Made by a program: the position numbers and the translations under genes
The notes under the pieces: model-generated
Told to the model about the DNA's origin: nothing
What the model saw: only the letters and a program-made list of their open reading frames with translations
Database searches by the model: none
Source of the DNA: an uncultured Clostridia bacterium
Lineage (GTDB): Bacteria; Bacillota; Clostridia; Oscillospirales; Acutalibacteraceae
Length of the DNA stretch: 64,000 nt
Direction: 5' to 3'
NCBI GenBank assembly: GCA_937892525.1
Contig: CALAEV010000016.1
Location: 7,889 to 71,888, forward strand
Shown: one piece after another, positions 1-8,912 of the stretch
How positions within the stretch are numbered: position 1 is the first letter of the stretch
Layout: every line of letters starts with the position of its first letter

Positions 1-833
1 GCTTGAGCATAAAAAATTGAATCGCCTGTTGAATTCAAAATTTCAACATTATCCATAAAAGAATTTTTTAATATCTTTTTAACACCATCAAGAGTTTGTG
101 TTTTTTCGTCATAGGAAAGGGCTTCAAACATAAAAATGCTTGTTTCATTCAAAAAATTTCTTGGGTCCATATAATGTGCAATTGTTTGTTTATTTGCCTG
201 ATACCAACCTGACTCATTTTCAGGATTATACCACACATCACTTCGCCAGTTATATGCACCTGACTGAGTTGAACGATATGATATTGGTTGCGTGTAATGA
301 ACGACATTTCTTGCCATAGCACACTCAGCATCTTCTGTAAATAAATCTTCCCAATCAAGACCTGTATCTAAAAAAACAAATTTCCAGTTAGGATGAGTTG
401 CAAGTAATTGCTCAATATATGGCTTATAAACTTCGGGAACATTCTCGGGCAAATTAACATCAGTTGAGATGTCGTTTATATGAACATAATCTAATGAAAC
501 ATAGCCTCTTAATTTTTCAGGTGAATTGCTATAACTGAATTCAATATAACACCAGTCAGGGTTGTTTATATCATCAGGACTTTTAACACTTTCATCAAGT
601 ATTGTAAATTCGTGACCTGACGGTAACATTACATATTCACCATTATATTTTAATCGGTTACTGTTCCCGGGTGTTGTTGTTGGTGTTGTTCTGACTTTCA
701 CATTATAAGTTAGACCATACACAATATAACCTGTCTTGCTTATAGCACTTGCTGAAAAAAGTGCAGAAAAAGAAAACAGCATAGATATAGTTAAAACTAA
801 TGAAACAATGCTTTTAAAAATACTGTTTTTCAT
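1..833 (-). CDS. Secreted cell-wall hydrolase-like protein, N-terminal 277 aa only (gene continues past the left edge)
   Basis: Absent from the ORF track because it has no stop inside the window. I translated the reverse strand codon by codon from ATG 833 (AGGAAG just upstream); it stays open to position 1. The start is MKNSIFKSIVSLVLTISMLFSFSALFSASA (signal peptide). Further in is IAHYMDPRNFLNETSIFMFEALSYDE, a motif I associate with GH73-type N-acetylglucosaminidase/autolysin proteins. The family call is from memory only. Confidence 0.55.
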   Translation of the reverse strand, partial: MKNSIFKSIVSLVLTISMLFSFSALFSASAISKTGYIVYGLTYNVKVRTTPTTTPGNSNRLKYNGEYVMLPSGHEFTILDESVKSPDDINNPDWCYIEFSYSNSPEKLRGYVSLDYVHINDISTDVNLPENVPEVYKPYIEQLLATHPNWKFVFLDTGLDWEDLFTEDAECAMARNVVHYTQPISYRSTQSGAYNWRSDVWYNPENESGWYQANKQTIAHYMDPRNFLNETSIFMFEALSYDEKTQTLDGVKKILKNSFMDNVEILNSTGDSIFYAQ

Positions 834-910
834 TTTCTCACTTCCTTGACAACTTATATGATTATTTTACCAAAAATCACTATAATCGTCAAGATACATA
901 TATTGCCATA

Positions 911-2095
911 TTATGAAAGTAAATTTTGTTTTTCATGTATTAGATTTTCATTATAATCGTTAATCAAATATGACGAAGAATAATACGAATACCCATTCAA
1001 ATTCTCATTATTATTGATTATCTGTATTTGTCTTTTGAGAATATCTGTATTATCAATCCATTCATTACTGCCTGATTTTGCAAAAATATCGGTTTCACCT
1101 GATTTATAAACTGAAAGTCCTATTGCCATTTTACAGTTATCTGTTTTGAGATTAATCCAATCATTAAGTACTTTTTCAAATGGCATTGTTTCGTGTTGAA
1201 ATCCAAAATAGATTTGCGGAATTATAAAATCTGCATACCCTTTTTGTGACGCCCACAACTTTACATCTGCATAGTGGGAGTTGTAGTCGGCTTTAATATC
1301 AGCAGATGGACTGATTGAAAAAACCAAATCATTACTATAAGTTTTTACAAATGAATATATTGAAGTTAAAAGTGAATTTACATTTTGTCTTCTGAAATCT
1401 GCAAGTGATAAACTGCCACCTTTTTTTATATATTCATTGTACATTTCAGTATCAATTGTTTCACTTGTGGTCGGATAAAAATAGTCGTCTATATGTATTC
1501 CATCAACATTATAATTATCTAAAATCTCTTTAATTCCACTTAAAACATGTTTTTGCACTTCGATATAAGCAGGGTTATAAAAAATGCTGTTTTCTGTAAT
1601 TATTAGTCTTTGGTCTTGGGGATTTTTAGCGTACAACTCACCTGCCAAAGTATTTTTGTTAATTAAATCTATTTTATTATCTTTGCGTATTCTATAAGGG
1701 TTAATCCACGCGTGAATTTCAATGTTCAAATCTTTACTGCAATCAATAAAAGATTTCAAAACATCAAATTTCAATTTACCCTCATCATTTACAGAATATT
1801 CGCTTGGTGGATATATTTCTGAATTATAAAAGCAATCATCAAATGCTCTTGTATGAAGAAAAATTGTATTTATATTGTATTTTTGAAACTCATTTAGCAT
1901 TGAATTTATTTTCTCATTCAACTGTGGTTGAGTTTCGCACGCTTCAATAATTGAATAAATTTCATTATAGTTAATCCATACGCCTATAATATTTTCATTT
2001 TTGGGATTAACTATTTCTTTGTTTTCGTTTGATGAATTTTCGCAACCTGAAAACAAAAAAACAAAAGCCAAAATCAATGCTAAAAATTTTTTCAA
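911..2095 (-). CDS. Lipoprotein of the glycoside-hydrolase-like GHL10/DUF187 (YngK/YddW-type) family
   Basis: Track ORF is 911..2131. I prefer the TTG at 2095 (AGGTG about 6 nt upstream), which gives MKKFLALILAFVFLFSGC with a lipobox Cys. The body has IFLHTRAFDD, IHAWINPYRI and VDGIHIDDYFYP, typical of the GHL10 TIM-barrel family. Confidence 0.7.
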   Translation of the reverse strand: MKKFLALILAFVFLFSGCENSSNENKEIVNPKNENIIGVWINYNEIYSIIEACETQPQLNEKINSMLNEFQKYNINTIFLHTRAFDDCFYNSEIYPPSEYSVNDEGKLKFDVLKSFIDCSKDLNIEIHAWINPYRIRKDNKIDLINKNTLAGELYAKNPQDQRLIITENSIFYNPAYIEVQKHVLSGIKEILDNYNVDGIHIDDYFYPTTSETIDTEMYNEYIKKGGSLSLADFRRQNVNSLLTSIYSFVKTYSNDLVFSISPSADIKADYNSHYADVKLWASQKGYADFIIPQIYFGFQHETMPFEKVLNDWINLKTDNCKMAIGLSVYKSGETDIFAKSGSNEWIDNTDILKRQIQIINNNENLNGYSYYSSSYLINDYNENLIHEKQNLLS

Positions 2096-2124
2096 AAAAT
2101 CACCTGTTTTTTTATAAAAAAGTA

Positions 2125-2152
2125 TTGACAACTACAAAAGATATGATATAAT
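2125..2152 (+). promoter_or_regulatory. Sigma-A type promoter for perR-rbr (TTGACA, 16-nt spacer, TGaTATAAT)
   Basis: TTGACA at 2125..2130 and TATAAT at 2147..2152, preceded by a TG extended -10. It lies 34 nt upstream of the perR ATG. Confidence 0.6.
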
Positions 2153-2154
2153 AA

Positions 2155-2169
2155 CAGTAATCATTACTG
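2155..2169. promoter_or_regulatory. Perfect 7-1-7 palindrome CAGTAATcATTACTG, a Fur/PerR-box-like operator
   Basis: Sits immediately downstream of the -10 element. It has the same 7-1-7 architecture and AT-rich core as the Fur-family box consensus TTATAATnATTATAA. Confidence 0.55.
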
Positions 2170-2185
2170 ATAAGGAGTGAGAACA

Positions 2186-2566
2186 ATGGCAATTGAAAGA
2201 CGAAGTAAACAACGCGAAGCAATTATTGAAAACTTACAATCGCGTTATGACCACCCAACTGCTATGGAGCTTTATCTATCAGTTCGTGAGGTTATACCAA
2301 ACTTAAGTTTGGGTACACTTTACAGAAATCTTTCACAGCTTGAGGAATGTGGTATGGTTTTAAGAATTCCTGACGGCGCAAATGACCGTTTTGACGGAAA
2401 TGTTAATCCGCATGCACATTTTAAGTGTTCTGACTGCGGTAAAGTATATGATTTAATGTCATTTAAAAATGACACTATTACCTTCTCTGACGAGATTGTA
2501 GGTTATGTAACTAATTACAGTTTAATGGCATTCGGAATGTGCAAAAACTGTAACAAATCAAATTAA
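2186..2566 (+). CDS. perR: Fur-family peroxide-responsive repressor (PerR-like)
   Basis: AAGGAG lies 8 nt before ATG 2186; the track starts at an upstream GTG. Winged-helix region DHPTAMELY...LGTLYRNL, C-terminal CxxC pairs (CSDCGK, CKNC), and an adjacent rubrerythrin gene as in clostridial perR-rbr loci. Confidence 0.75.
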   Translation: MAIERRSKQREAIIENLQSRYDHPTAMELYLSVREVIPNLSLGTLYRNLSQLEECGMVLRIPDGANDRFDGNVNPHAHFKCSDCGKVYDLMSFKNDTITFSDEIVGYVTNYSLMAFGMCKNCNKSN

Positions 2567-2591
2567 AAATTATTTTTGGAGGAAAAAAACT

Positions 2592-3137
2592 ATGAAAAAA
2601 TTTGTATGCTCAGTATGTGGTTATGTTCATGAAGGAGATTCAGCACCAGAAAGATGCCCACAGTGTAAAGTTCCTGCTGACAAGTTCAACGAGGTAAAAG
2701 AAGACGAAAGAACTTGGGCTGCAGAACACGTTGTAGGTGTTGCAAAAGGTGTTCGTGAAGATATTATTATGGACCTTCGTGCAAACTTTGAAGGCGAATG
2801 TTCAGAAGTTGGTATGTATCTTGCAATGGCAAGAGTTGCACATCGTGAGGGATACCCAGAAATCGGTCTTTACTGGGAAAAAGCAGCTTATGAAGAAGCA
2901 GAACACGCTGCTAAATTCGCAGAACTTCTTGGCGAAGTTGTAACAGACAGCACAAAGAAAAACCTTGAAATGAGAGTTGACGCTGAAAACGGTGCAACAA
3001 TGGGTAAATTTGACCTTGCAAAACGCGCTAAAGAACTTGGTCTTGATGCAATTCACGATACAGTTCATGAAATGGCTCGTGATGAAGCAAGACACGGCAA
3101 AGCATTTGAAGGTCTTCTTCAGAGATACTTTGGTTAA
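2592..3137 (+). CDS. rbr: Reverse rubrerythrin (N-terminal rubredoxin-like domain, C-terminal diiron ferritin-like domain)
   Basis: N-terminus is [27 protein letters not shown] (two CxxC pairs). It is followed by ExxH diiron motifs ([28 protein letters not shown]). GGAGG precedes the ATG. Confidence 0.85.
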   Translation: MKKFVCSVCGYVHEGDSAPERCPQCKVPADKFNEVKEDERTWAAEHVVGVAKGVREDIIMDLRANFEGECSEVGMYLAMARVAHREGYPEIGLYWEKAAYEEAEHAAKFAELLGEVVTDSTKKNLEMRVDAENGATMGKFDLAKRAKELGLDAIHDTVHEMARDEARHGKAFEGLLQRYFG

Positions 3138-3153
3138 TTAACACTTAATATTT

Positions 3154-3188
3154 AAAAGTTCCCAATGATAACATTGGGAACTTTTTTT
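3154..3188. terminator. Bidirectional rho-independent terminator
   Basis: GTTCCCAATG-ATAA-CATTGGGAAC forms a 10-bp stem, flanked by an A-run upstream and T7 downstream. It serves rbr (+) and the convergent small ORF/thiN transcript (-). Confidence 0.75.
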
Positions 3189-3277
3189 ATACTGTTTTCT
3201 TTATTCCAAAAAATTTTCTTAAAATACCACTTATGACTTTTGGACTTTTTACCAATACAACTTTCACTGTAATCCCC

Positions 3278-3424
3278 CTATGTTCTGCAAAGGGCAGTTC
3301 CACATACTACCAGCGCCATCGCAAGCAATACAATCACGAACTTTTCAGGAAGAATCAATGAAATTATTAACCCAAGACCTAAAGCGACAAAGATTATTCC
3401 TTTTGCTCCTGAGTGTCTTCCCAT
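3278..3424 (-). CDS. Small hydrophobic protein, 48 aa (below the ORF-track size cutoff)
   Basis: AGGGGG lies 7 nt before the ATG at 3424. Translation is MGRHSGAKGIIFVALGLGLIISLILPEKFVIVLLAMALVVCGTALCRT, i.e. two predicted TM helices. It sits 54 nt downstream of thiN and upstream of the shared terminator. Confidence 0.4.
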   Translation of the reverse strand: MGRHSGAKGIIFVALGLGLIISLILPEKFVIVLLAMALVVCGTALCRT

Positions 3425-3478
3425 AAAAATACCCCCTGCTATGTATTTAGTACATTATACGTCAGGAGGATTATTTTG

Positions 3479-4111
3479 TTACATTTTCGTTTCTATAATA
3501 ATCAGCGTTCCATCTTTGACAGATATTTCACCGTAGTCGTCAACAATGTCATTACTTGTTCCGAGCGCACCGTTAAATGGGTTAAGAGTAAAATCCCACA
3601 ACGGATAATGAAATCCTTTAAGTGTTACTCCAAAAGCACGGTCACCAAAAGCAAATATGGAAATTTGTTGATTATTTTTTCTTTCAATTTTAATTGAGGA
3701 ATTTGTAATACTTCTAAAAATGTGTCGTTCATCGATAATTTCAAATTGATATCCGTCACACGAAGCGTTTGCCATAAGCGAAATATTTGCCAATGTATGT
3801 TCGAATCTACCACCTGTGCCACCAAAAAGCACAAACCTGTTAAATCCACGCTCAACACCCTCGTTAAAGGCTGCGACGGTGTCTGTAACATCTTTTTCAA
3901 TGGGAAGTGTAATCTTACTCACATTTTCAGGGATAGCTTTAATTGAGTCAAAATCTCCAATTAACAAGTCTGGTGTAAAACCACACTCTTTTGTAATATC
4001 AAAGCCACTATCAGCACAGATTATGAAATCATCAGACAATATATTATTTTTAAGGATTTCAGCAGAGCAATCTCCCCCACCGACTATTACGCATCTTCTT
4101 ATAATTCCCAT
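3479..4111 (-). CDS. thiN: Thiamine diphosphokinase
   Basis: Motifs VIVGGGD, ICADSG, GDFDS, KDVTD and FGGTGGRFEH are typical of TPK. It overlaps the rsgA stop by 13 nt, as in the conserved rsgA-thiN arrangement. Confidence 0.8.
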   Translation of the reverse strand: MGIIRRCVIVGGGDCSAEILKNNILSDDFIICADSGFDITKECGFTPDLLIGDFDSIKAIPENVSKITLPIEKDVTDTVAAFNEGVERGFNRFVLFGGTGGRFEHTLANISLMANASCDGYQFEIIDERHIFRSITNSSIKIERKNNQQISIFAFGDRAFGVTLKGFHYPLWDFTLNPFNGALGTSNDIVDDYGEISVKDGTLIIIETKM

Positions 4112-4968
4112 TCTTTGATTTCCTTCGCCTGATTATACATCAAAATATAATTTTCGTGTCTTGATTTACTTATTTCTCCGTTTTCAACTGCTTCACAGAT
4201 TTTGCAACCTTTATCGCAAGTATGTGAACATGTTGAAAATTTACAATTACCCAGATGCTCTCTGAATTCACGGAAACAATATGGCAAATCATCTTTTCTG
4301 ATGATTTCTGTTTTAGCGAAATCCAAAGATGAAAAACCAGGAGTATCGATAACATACCCGCCGCATACATTAAAGAGTTGTGCTTCTCTTGTAGTATGAC
4401 GACCTCTACCAAGTTTTTCACTAATTGCACCGGTAGAAAGTTTGAGAGTACTGTCAAGTTTATTAAGTAATGTTGTTTTACCAACACCTGAATTACCTGT
4501 AAATGCAGTAATTTTATTCTTCATTAATTGACGCACCTTTTCAACATCGTCTTCATTTTCGATTGCAATTAATGAAATACCACTATTTTCATAAGCCTCA
4601 ACAATACTACTGTAATCGCCTAAATCGGTTTTAGAAACAACTATAATCGGCTCGATATTCTTATATTCTGCCGTTGCAATTAATTTATCAATCACAAGAA
4701 AATTAGGCTTTGGCTCACACGTTGAAACAACTATAATTAAATTATCAATATTTGATACCGGTGGTCTTAACAGAAAATTTTTGCGCTCACAAATTTTATC
4801 AATTGTGTTTTCAGCGTTCTCATTAACTGTAATCTCAACAGTATCACCAACAAGTGGAGTAATTCTGTTTTTCCTGAAAAGTCCCCTTGCCTTACATTCA
4901 TAAGTCGCATTGGCGACTTCAACATAATAGAAGCCGCCAATACCTTTTGTTATTATTCCTTTTAACAT
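4099..4968 (-). CDS. rsgA: Ribosome small-subunit-dependent GTPase A
   Basis: Circularly permuted GTPase: VVSKTDL (NKxD-like) comes before GNSGVGKTTL, and there is a C-terminal Zn knuckle CKFSTCSHTCDKGC. I trimmed the start to MLKGIITKGIGGFYYV (ATG 4968), one nt after the prkC stop. Confidence 0.9.
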   Translation of the reverse strand: MLKGIITKGIGGFYYVEVANATYECKARGLFRKNRITPLVGDTVEITVNENAENTIDKICERKNFLLRPPVSNIDNLIIVVSTCEPKPNFLVIDKLIATAEYKNIEPIIVVSKTDLGDYSSIVEAYENSGISLIAIENEDDVEKVRQLMKNKITAFTGNSGVGKTTLLNKLDSTLKLSTGAISEKLGRGRHTTREAQLFNVCGGYVIDTPGFSSLDFAKTEIIRKDDLPYCFREFREHLGNCKFSTCSHTCDKGCKICEAVENGEISKSRHENYILMYNQAKEIKEWEL

Positions 4969-4969
4969 A

Positions 4970-7117
4970 TTATTCTGCATTTGGTCCTGTACTAATTGTA
5001 AGTTTAATTGTTGTGTTTGTAGGAATCTTAGTAGTACCATCAGAAACAGGGTCCTGTGCGATTACACAACCACTCTCTATTGCATCACTAGGCGATTCAA
5101 TAATTTCAATATTTGCAAAACCTGCCGCATTTAACTGACTTATTGCGTCAGCCTTTGTTTTACCTACAAGGTTATTCGGTAAAATAGCAACACTTTCATA
5201 GGCAATATTTTCAACACCACTTACAACTGCAGGTGACTTTGTAAAGTCAATTTTGCCTTTTTGAATTGGGCTATCATCAACCATCACAACATAAGATGCG
5301 TCTGCGCCACTACCAACAACAGGATAAGTCTTTGTTGCACCATCAAGATAAAGTTCACCAGATGTATAATACAATTCATTATTTATATAAATCTTTAAAA
5401 CACCTGATTTATTGACTGCAGGAAGATTAACAGTAATTTCTGCCGAAGAGTTAGCAGGTATTCCGTTACTTACTTCAATATCAATCTTTGAGCCGATTGG
5501 TACAGATTCATCTTTATCAATACTCTGTTTTACAACCATACCAGCTTCTAAATCACTATTAACTTCAGTAACTTTACCAAGTTCAAGGTCAGATGCCTTA
5601 AGAAGTTGTTCTGCAACCTCTTTGCTGCAACCTACAAGTTCAGGAACTTTAACTGTTTCTTCTTTATCAGTTGCAACATAAACGATTACTTCACCACCAA
5701 TTTTAACGGAAGAACCAACTTCAGGTGATGTTTTAAGAACAAGACCTGGTGCAATAGTTTCTGAAAACTCATACTTGATTGTTGGAATAACGCCTCGATT
5801 TATAAGATAAGTACGAGCCTGTTCTTCATTCATACCAAGAATTGAAGAATCAATAACCACATTATTTTTCTTAACGATAACAAGTTTAATTTCGGAATGT
5901 TTCTTTACTTTTTCACTTGCATCTGGTGTTTGTTCAAGAACTGTACCATCTTCAAGGGTAGAATTAACATCAAACTCAACGACAAATTCAAACTTATCAG
6001 TGTATTCCTTATTATTTTCAATGTCTTCATAATAATTGAGGTTTACAAAGTTAGGTACTTCAACCTTTTGATTGCCAACACCAACAAAAATACCAGCAAT
6101 AATAAGAATAAGCACAACAACACCAGCAATTGCGCCTAACATAATTGCAGTTGTCTTATTAATAGACTTTGACTCTGTTTCTTGCTTTTCGTTACGCTGA
6201 TTTACCTGACCACGAGTTGCAGCACCACCTGTTTTTACAAATTTGGTAGGCTCCTGGTCAACAAAATATGTGTAATTGAATTTAATAGCAGGATTTCTCT
6301 TAAACTCGTTAATATCCATAAGCATTTCTGCTGCTGAGCCATAACGGTCATTAGGGTTTTTCTGCATAGCACGAATTGTAATCTGTTCGAGTCCCAAAGG
6401 AAGTGTAGGAATAATATCTCTTGGACGTTTTGGGTCTTGCTGAAGTTGCATAAGAGCCACAGAAACTGCACTATCTGACTGGAATGGGAGTTTACCTGTA
6501 AGCATCTCATACATAACAACGCCAACTGAATAGATATCAGCTTTATCGTCAGTCATTTCTCCCCTTGCCTGTTCAGGACTGATATAGTGAACTGAACCAA
6601 TTGCATTTTCAGAAGTTGTATCAGAATCACCTCTGCTGAATCTTGCAATACCAAAATCAGTAACCTTAATAGTACCATCCTGTAAAAGCATAATATTCTG
6701 TGGTTTGATATCCTGATGAACAATGCCTTTATCATGAGCGTGTTGCAAAGCTGCAAGAATTTGTCCCATAAAGTGAACTGCTTCTTTCCAGTTAATTACG
6801 CCTTGCTGTTCGATGTACTCTTTAAGTGTAATACCATCAACATATTCCATAACAATATACTGTAAGCGGTCACCAAAGCTAACATTATAAACACGAACAA
6901 TATTTGGATGAGATAGCACTGCAATAGCTTTTGATTCATTCTTGAATCTACGCTTGAAGTCCTCATTTGTTAAATACTCATCTTTTAATATTTTAATTGC
7001 AACAATTCTGTCGTCAATATTATCATAGGCTTTATATACAACAGCCATACCACCAACACCGATAATTTCACGGATTTCGTAACGGCCATCTAAACGTTTA
7101 CCACAAAAGTTTTCCAT
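4970..7117 (-). CDS. prkC: Hanks-type Ser/Thr protein kinase with extracellular PASTA repeats
   Basis: Kinase motifs GVGGMAVVYKA, HQDIKPQN, DFGIAR and SPEQ, then one TM helix (AIMLGAIAGVVVLILIIAGIFVGV), then PASTA-like repeats. AAAGGAG lies 7 nt before ATG 7117 (MENFCGKRL). Confidence 0.9.
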   Translation of the reverse strand: MENFCGKRLDGRYEIREIIGVGGMAVVYKAYDNIDDRIVAIKILKDEYLTNEDFKRRFKNESKAIAVLSHPNIVRVYNVSFGDRLQYIVMEYVDGITLKEYIEQQGVINWKEAVHFMGQILAALQHAHDKGIVHQDIKPQNIMLLQDGTIKVTDFGIARFSRGDSDTTSENAIGSVHYISPEQARGEMTDDKADIYSVGVVMYEMLTGKLPFQSDSAVSVALMQLQQDPKRPRDIIPTLPLGLEQITIRAMQKNPNDRYGSAAEMLMDINEFKRNPAIKFNYTYFVDQEPTKFVKTGGAATRGQVNQRNEKQETESKSINKTTAIMLGAIAGVVVLILIIAGIFVGVGNQKVEVPNFVNLNYYEDIENNKEYTDKFEFVVEFDVNSTLEDGTVLEQTPDASEKVKKHSEIKLVIVKKNNVVIDSSILGMNEEQARTYLINRGVIPTIKYEFSETIAPGLVLKTSPEVGSSVKIGGEVIVYVATDKEETVKVPELVGCSKEVAEQLLKASDLELGKVTEVNSDLEAGMVVKQSIDKDESVPIGSKIDIEVSNGIPANSSAEITVNLPAVNKSGVLKIYINNELYYTSGELYLDGATKTYPVVGSGADASYVVMVDDSPIQKGKIDFTKSPAVVSGVENIAYESVAILPNNLVGKTKADAISQLNAAGFANIEIIESPSDAIESGCVIAQDPVSDGTTKIPTNTTIKLTISTGPNAE

Positions 7118-7140
7118 TGTTAAAACTCCTTTCAACCAGT

Positions 7141-7869
7141 TTAATAGGACACGGTGACAACTGTAATATTGTCACCACCACCGTTGCTGTTAGCACGGTC
7201 AACAAGTCGTTCAGCATACTCATAAAACTTACCGTCGTCAGTAAGTTCATAAATTTCCTGTGGTTCAACAAAATTTGTTAATCCGTCAGTACATAAAATC
7301 AGCACGTCGTTTTCACTAATATCGGCAATATCGAAATCAATGCGAAGTTCGTAATCAACGCCCAATGCACGTGTGATAATATTCTTACGCGGGTCAACCT
7401 TTGCTTCGTCAGGAGTAAGAGTACCATGGTCAATCATTTCTTGGACAATTGAATGGTCCTTTGTAAGTTGATTAAGTGAGCCATCGGATAGAATATATGC
7501 TCTTGAGTCCCCTGCGTGTGCAATAAACACGTTGTTATCAACAACTATTGCAACAACAACAGTTGTACCCATACCTGTAAGTTCGGGGTCTGCTTTACTC
7601 ATATCATAAACGCTGATGTTCGCAGCAGCTATTGCTGATGTAAGCATATTACGAATTGAACTTGCAGACATCCCTGCACGATATGAAGATGTAATTCTTT
7701 CAGATATTACTTTAACAGCAGTTGAGCTGGCATAATTACCACCAGCAGCGCCACCCATTCCATCACAAACGACAGCCCAAGCCACTGCACCAGGTAACTC
7801 ACCTGCAGCATAAGAATCCTGATTGGATTCCCTTTTTAAGCCAATATCTGTTTTAGCAACAATTTTCAA
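7141..7869 (-). CDS. prpC: PP2C-family Ser/Thr phosphatase (Stp/PrpC)
   Basis: Motifs TDIGLKRESNQDS, VCDGMGG, GDSRAY, CTDGL and GGGDNITV. It lies immediately upstream of prkC. Confidence 0.9.
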   Translation of the reverse strand: MKIVAKTDIGLKRESNQDSYAAGELPGAVAWAVVCDGMGGAAGGNYASSTAVKVISERITSSYRAGMSASSIRNMLTSAIAAANISVYDMSKADPELTGMGTTVVVAIVVDNNVFIAHAGDSRAYILSDGSLNQLTKDHSIVQEMIDHGTLTPDEAKVDPRKNIITRALGVDYELRIDFDIADISENDVLILCTDGLTNFVEPQEIYELTDDGKFYEYAERLVDRANSNGGGDNITVVTVSY

Positions 7870-7877
7870 AGACTCAC

Positions 7878-8909
7878 CTACTTATTTTTCTTTGATGCTC
7901 TAAGTTGACCACAAGAAGCATTGATGTCACTACCAAGCGTTCGACGCACGGTAGCCGTAATACCTTTTGAAGCCAGAATATCTATAAATTTCTTCTGTCT
8001 TTCAACTGTACTCTTTATATAGTCAGTTTCACGGACATTATTAACCGGAATTAAATTAACATGACATAAAATACCTTTTAATCTTTTTGCTAATTCAAGT
8101 GCACAATCATCACTATCGTTAAGCCCTTGAATCATAGCATACTCAAACGAAATTCGTCTACTTGTAGTGTCAGTATAATACTTACACGCTTTAAGAAGTT
8201 CATCAATATTATATTTATTATTAATAGGCATTGATTTTGAACGAATTGTATTATTAGGTGCGTGTAACGAAACAGATAATGTAAGACCTAATTTCTTTTC
8301 AGCAAGTTCATAAATTTTTGGCACAACACCACAAGTTGATAAAGAAATATGACGCATACTCATATTCTGACCTTTTTCATCTGTTATGAGTTCAAGCATT
8401 TTCATAACATTATCATAATTATCAAGCGGCTCGCCTGTACCCATAAGCACCATATGGTTAATTCTTATGTTCAAATCTTTTTGTGCAGTATAAACCTCTG
8501 CAAGCATTTCACCAACAGTCAACTGACGCACAAATCCACCAATTGCAGATGCACAGAAAGTGCAACCCATTTTACAACCAACTTGAGTTGAAATACAAAT
8601 AGAATAGCCATATTTATATTTCATAACTACACTTTCAACATATTCACCATCAGAAAACTGAAATAAATACTTCACGGTATCATCAATTTTTGATACAAGT
8701 TTTGTATTGATTTGACAGTTGTTGAATACAAAGTGGTCAGAAAGTTTTGCCCTCATATCTTTTGAAATGTTAGTCATTTCATCAAATGATGAGACACATT
8801 TTTCATGTACCCAAGAAAAAATCTGATTTATACGAAATTTAGGAAAACCTAAATCGAGTATTTCTTGTGATAATTCGTCATAATTTAACGAGCGTATATC
8901 TTTTAACAT
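7878..8909 (-). CDS. rlmN: 23S rRNA/tRNA A2503 C2-methyltransferase (radical SAM)
   Basis: Radical SAM motif GCKMGCTFCAS plus CGQL near the C-terminus. Conserved position between rsmB and prpC. Confidence 0.9.
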   Translation of the reverse strand: MLKDIRSLNYDELSQEILDLGFPKFRINQIFSWVHEKCVSSFDEMTNISKDMRAKLSDHFVFNNCQINTKLVSKIDDTVKYLFQFSDGEYVESVVMKYKYGYSICISTQVGCKMGCTFCASAIGGFVRQLTVGEMLAEVYTAQKDLNIRINHMVLMGTGEPLDNYDNVMKMLELITDEKGQNMSMRHISLSTCGVVPKIYELAEKKLGLTLSVSLHAPNNTIRSKSMPINNKYNIDELLKACKYYTDTTSRRISFEYAMIQGLNDSDDCALELAKRLKGILCHVNLIPVNNVRETDYIKSTVERQKKFIDILASKGITATVRRTLGSDINASCGQLRASKKNK

Positions 8910-8912
8910 AAA

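Noticed and set aside
149-358. 69-aa ORF from the track
   Set aside because: It lies in a different frame, inside the edge-truncated hydrolase gene (1..833, minus) that I verified codon by codon. It has no Shine-Dalgarno and an unremarkable composition.
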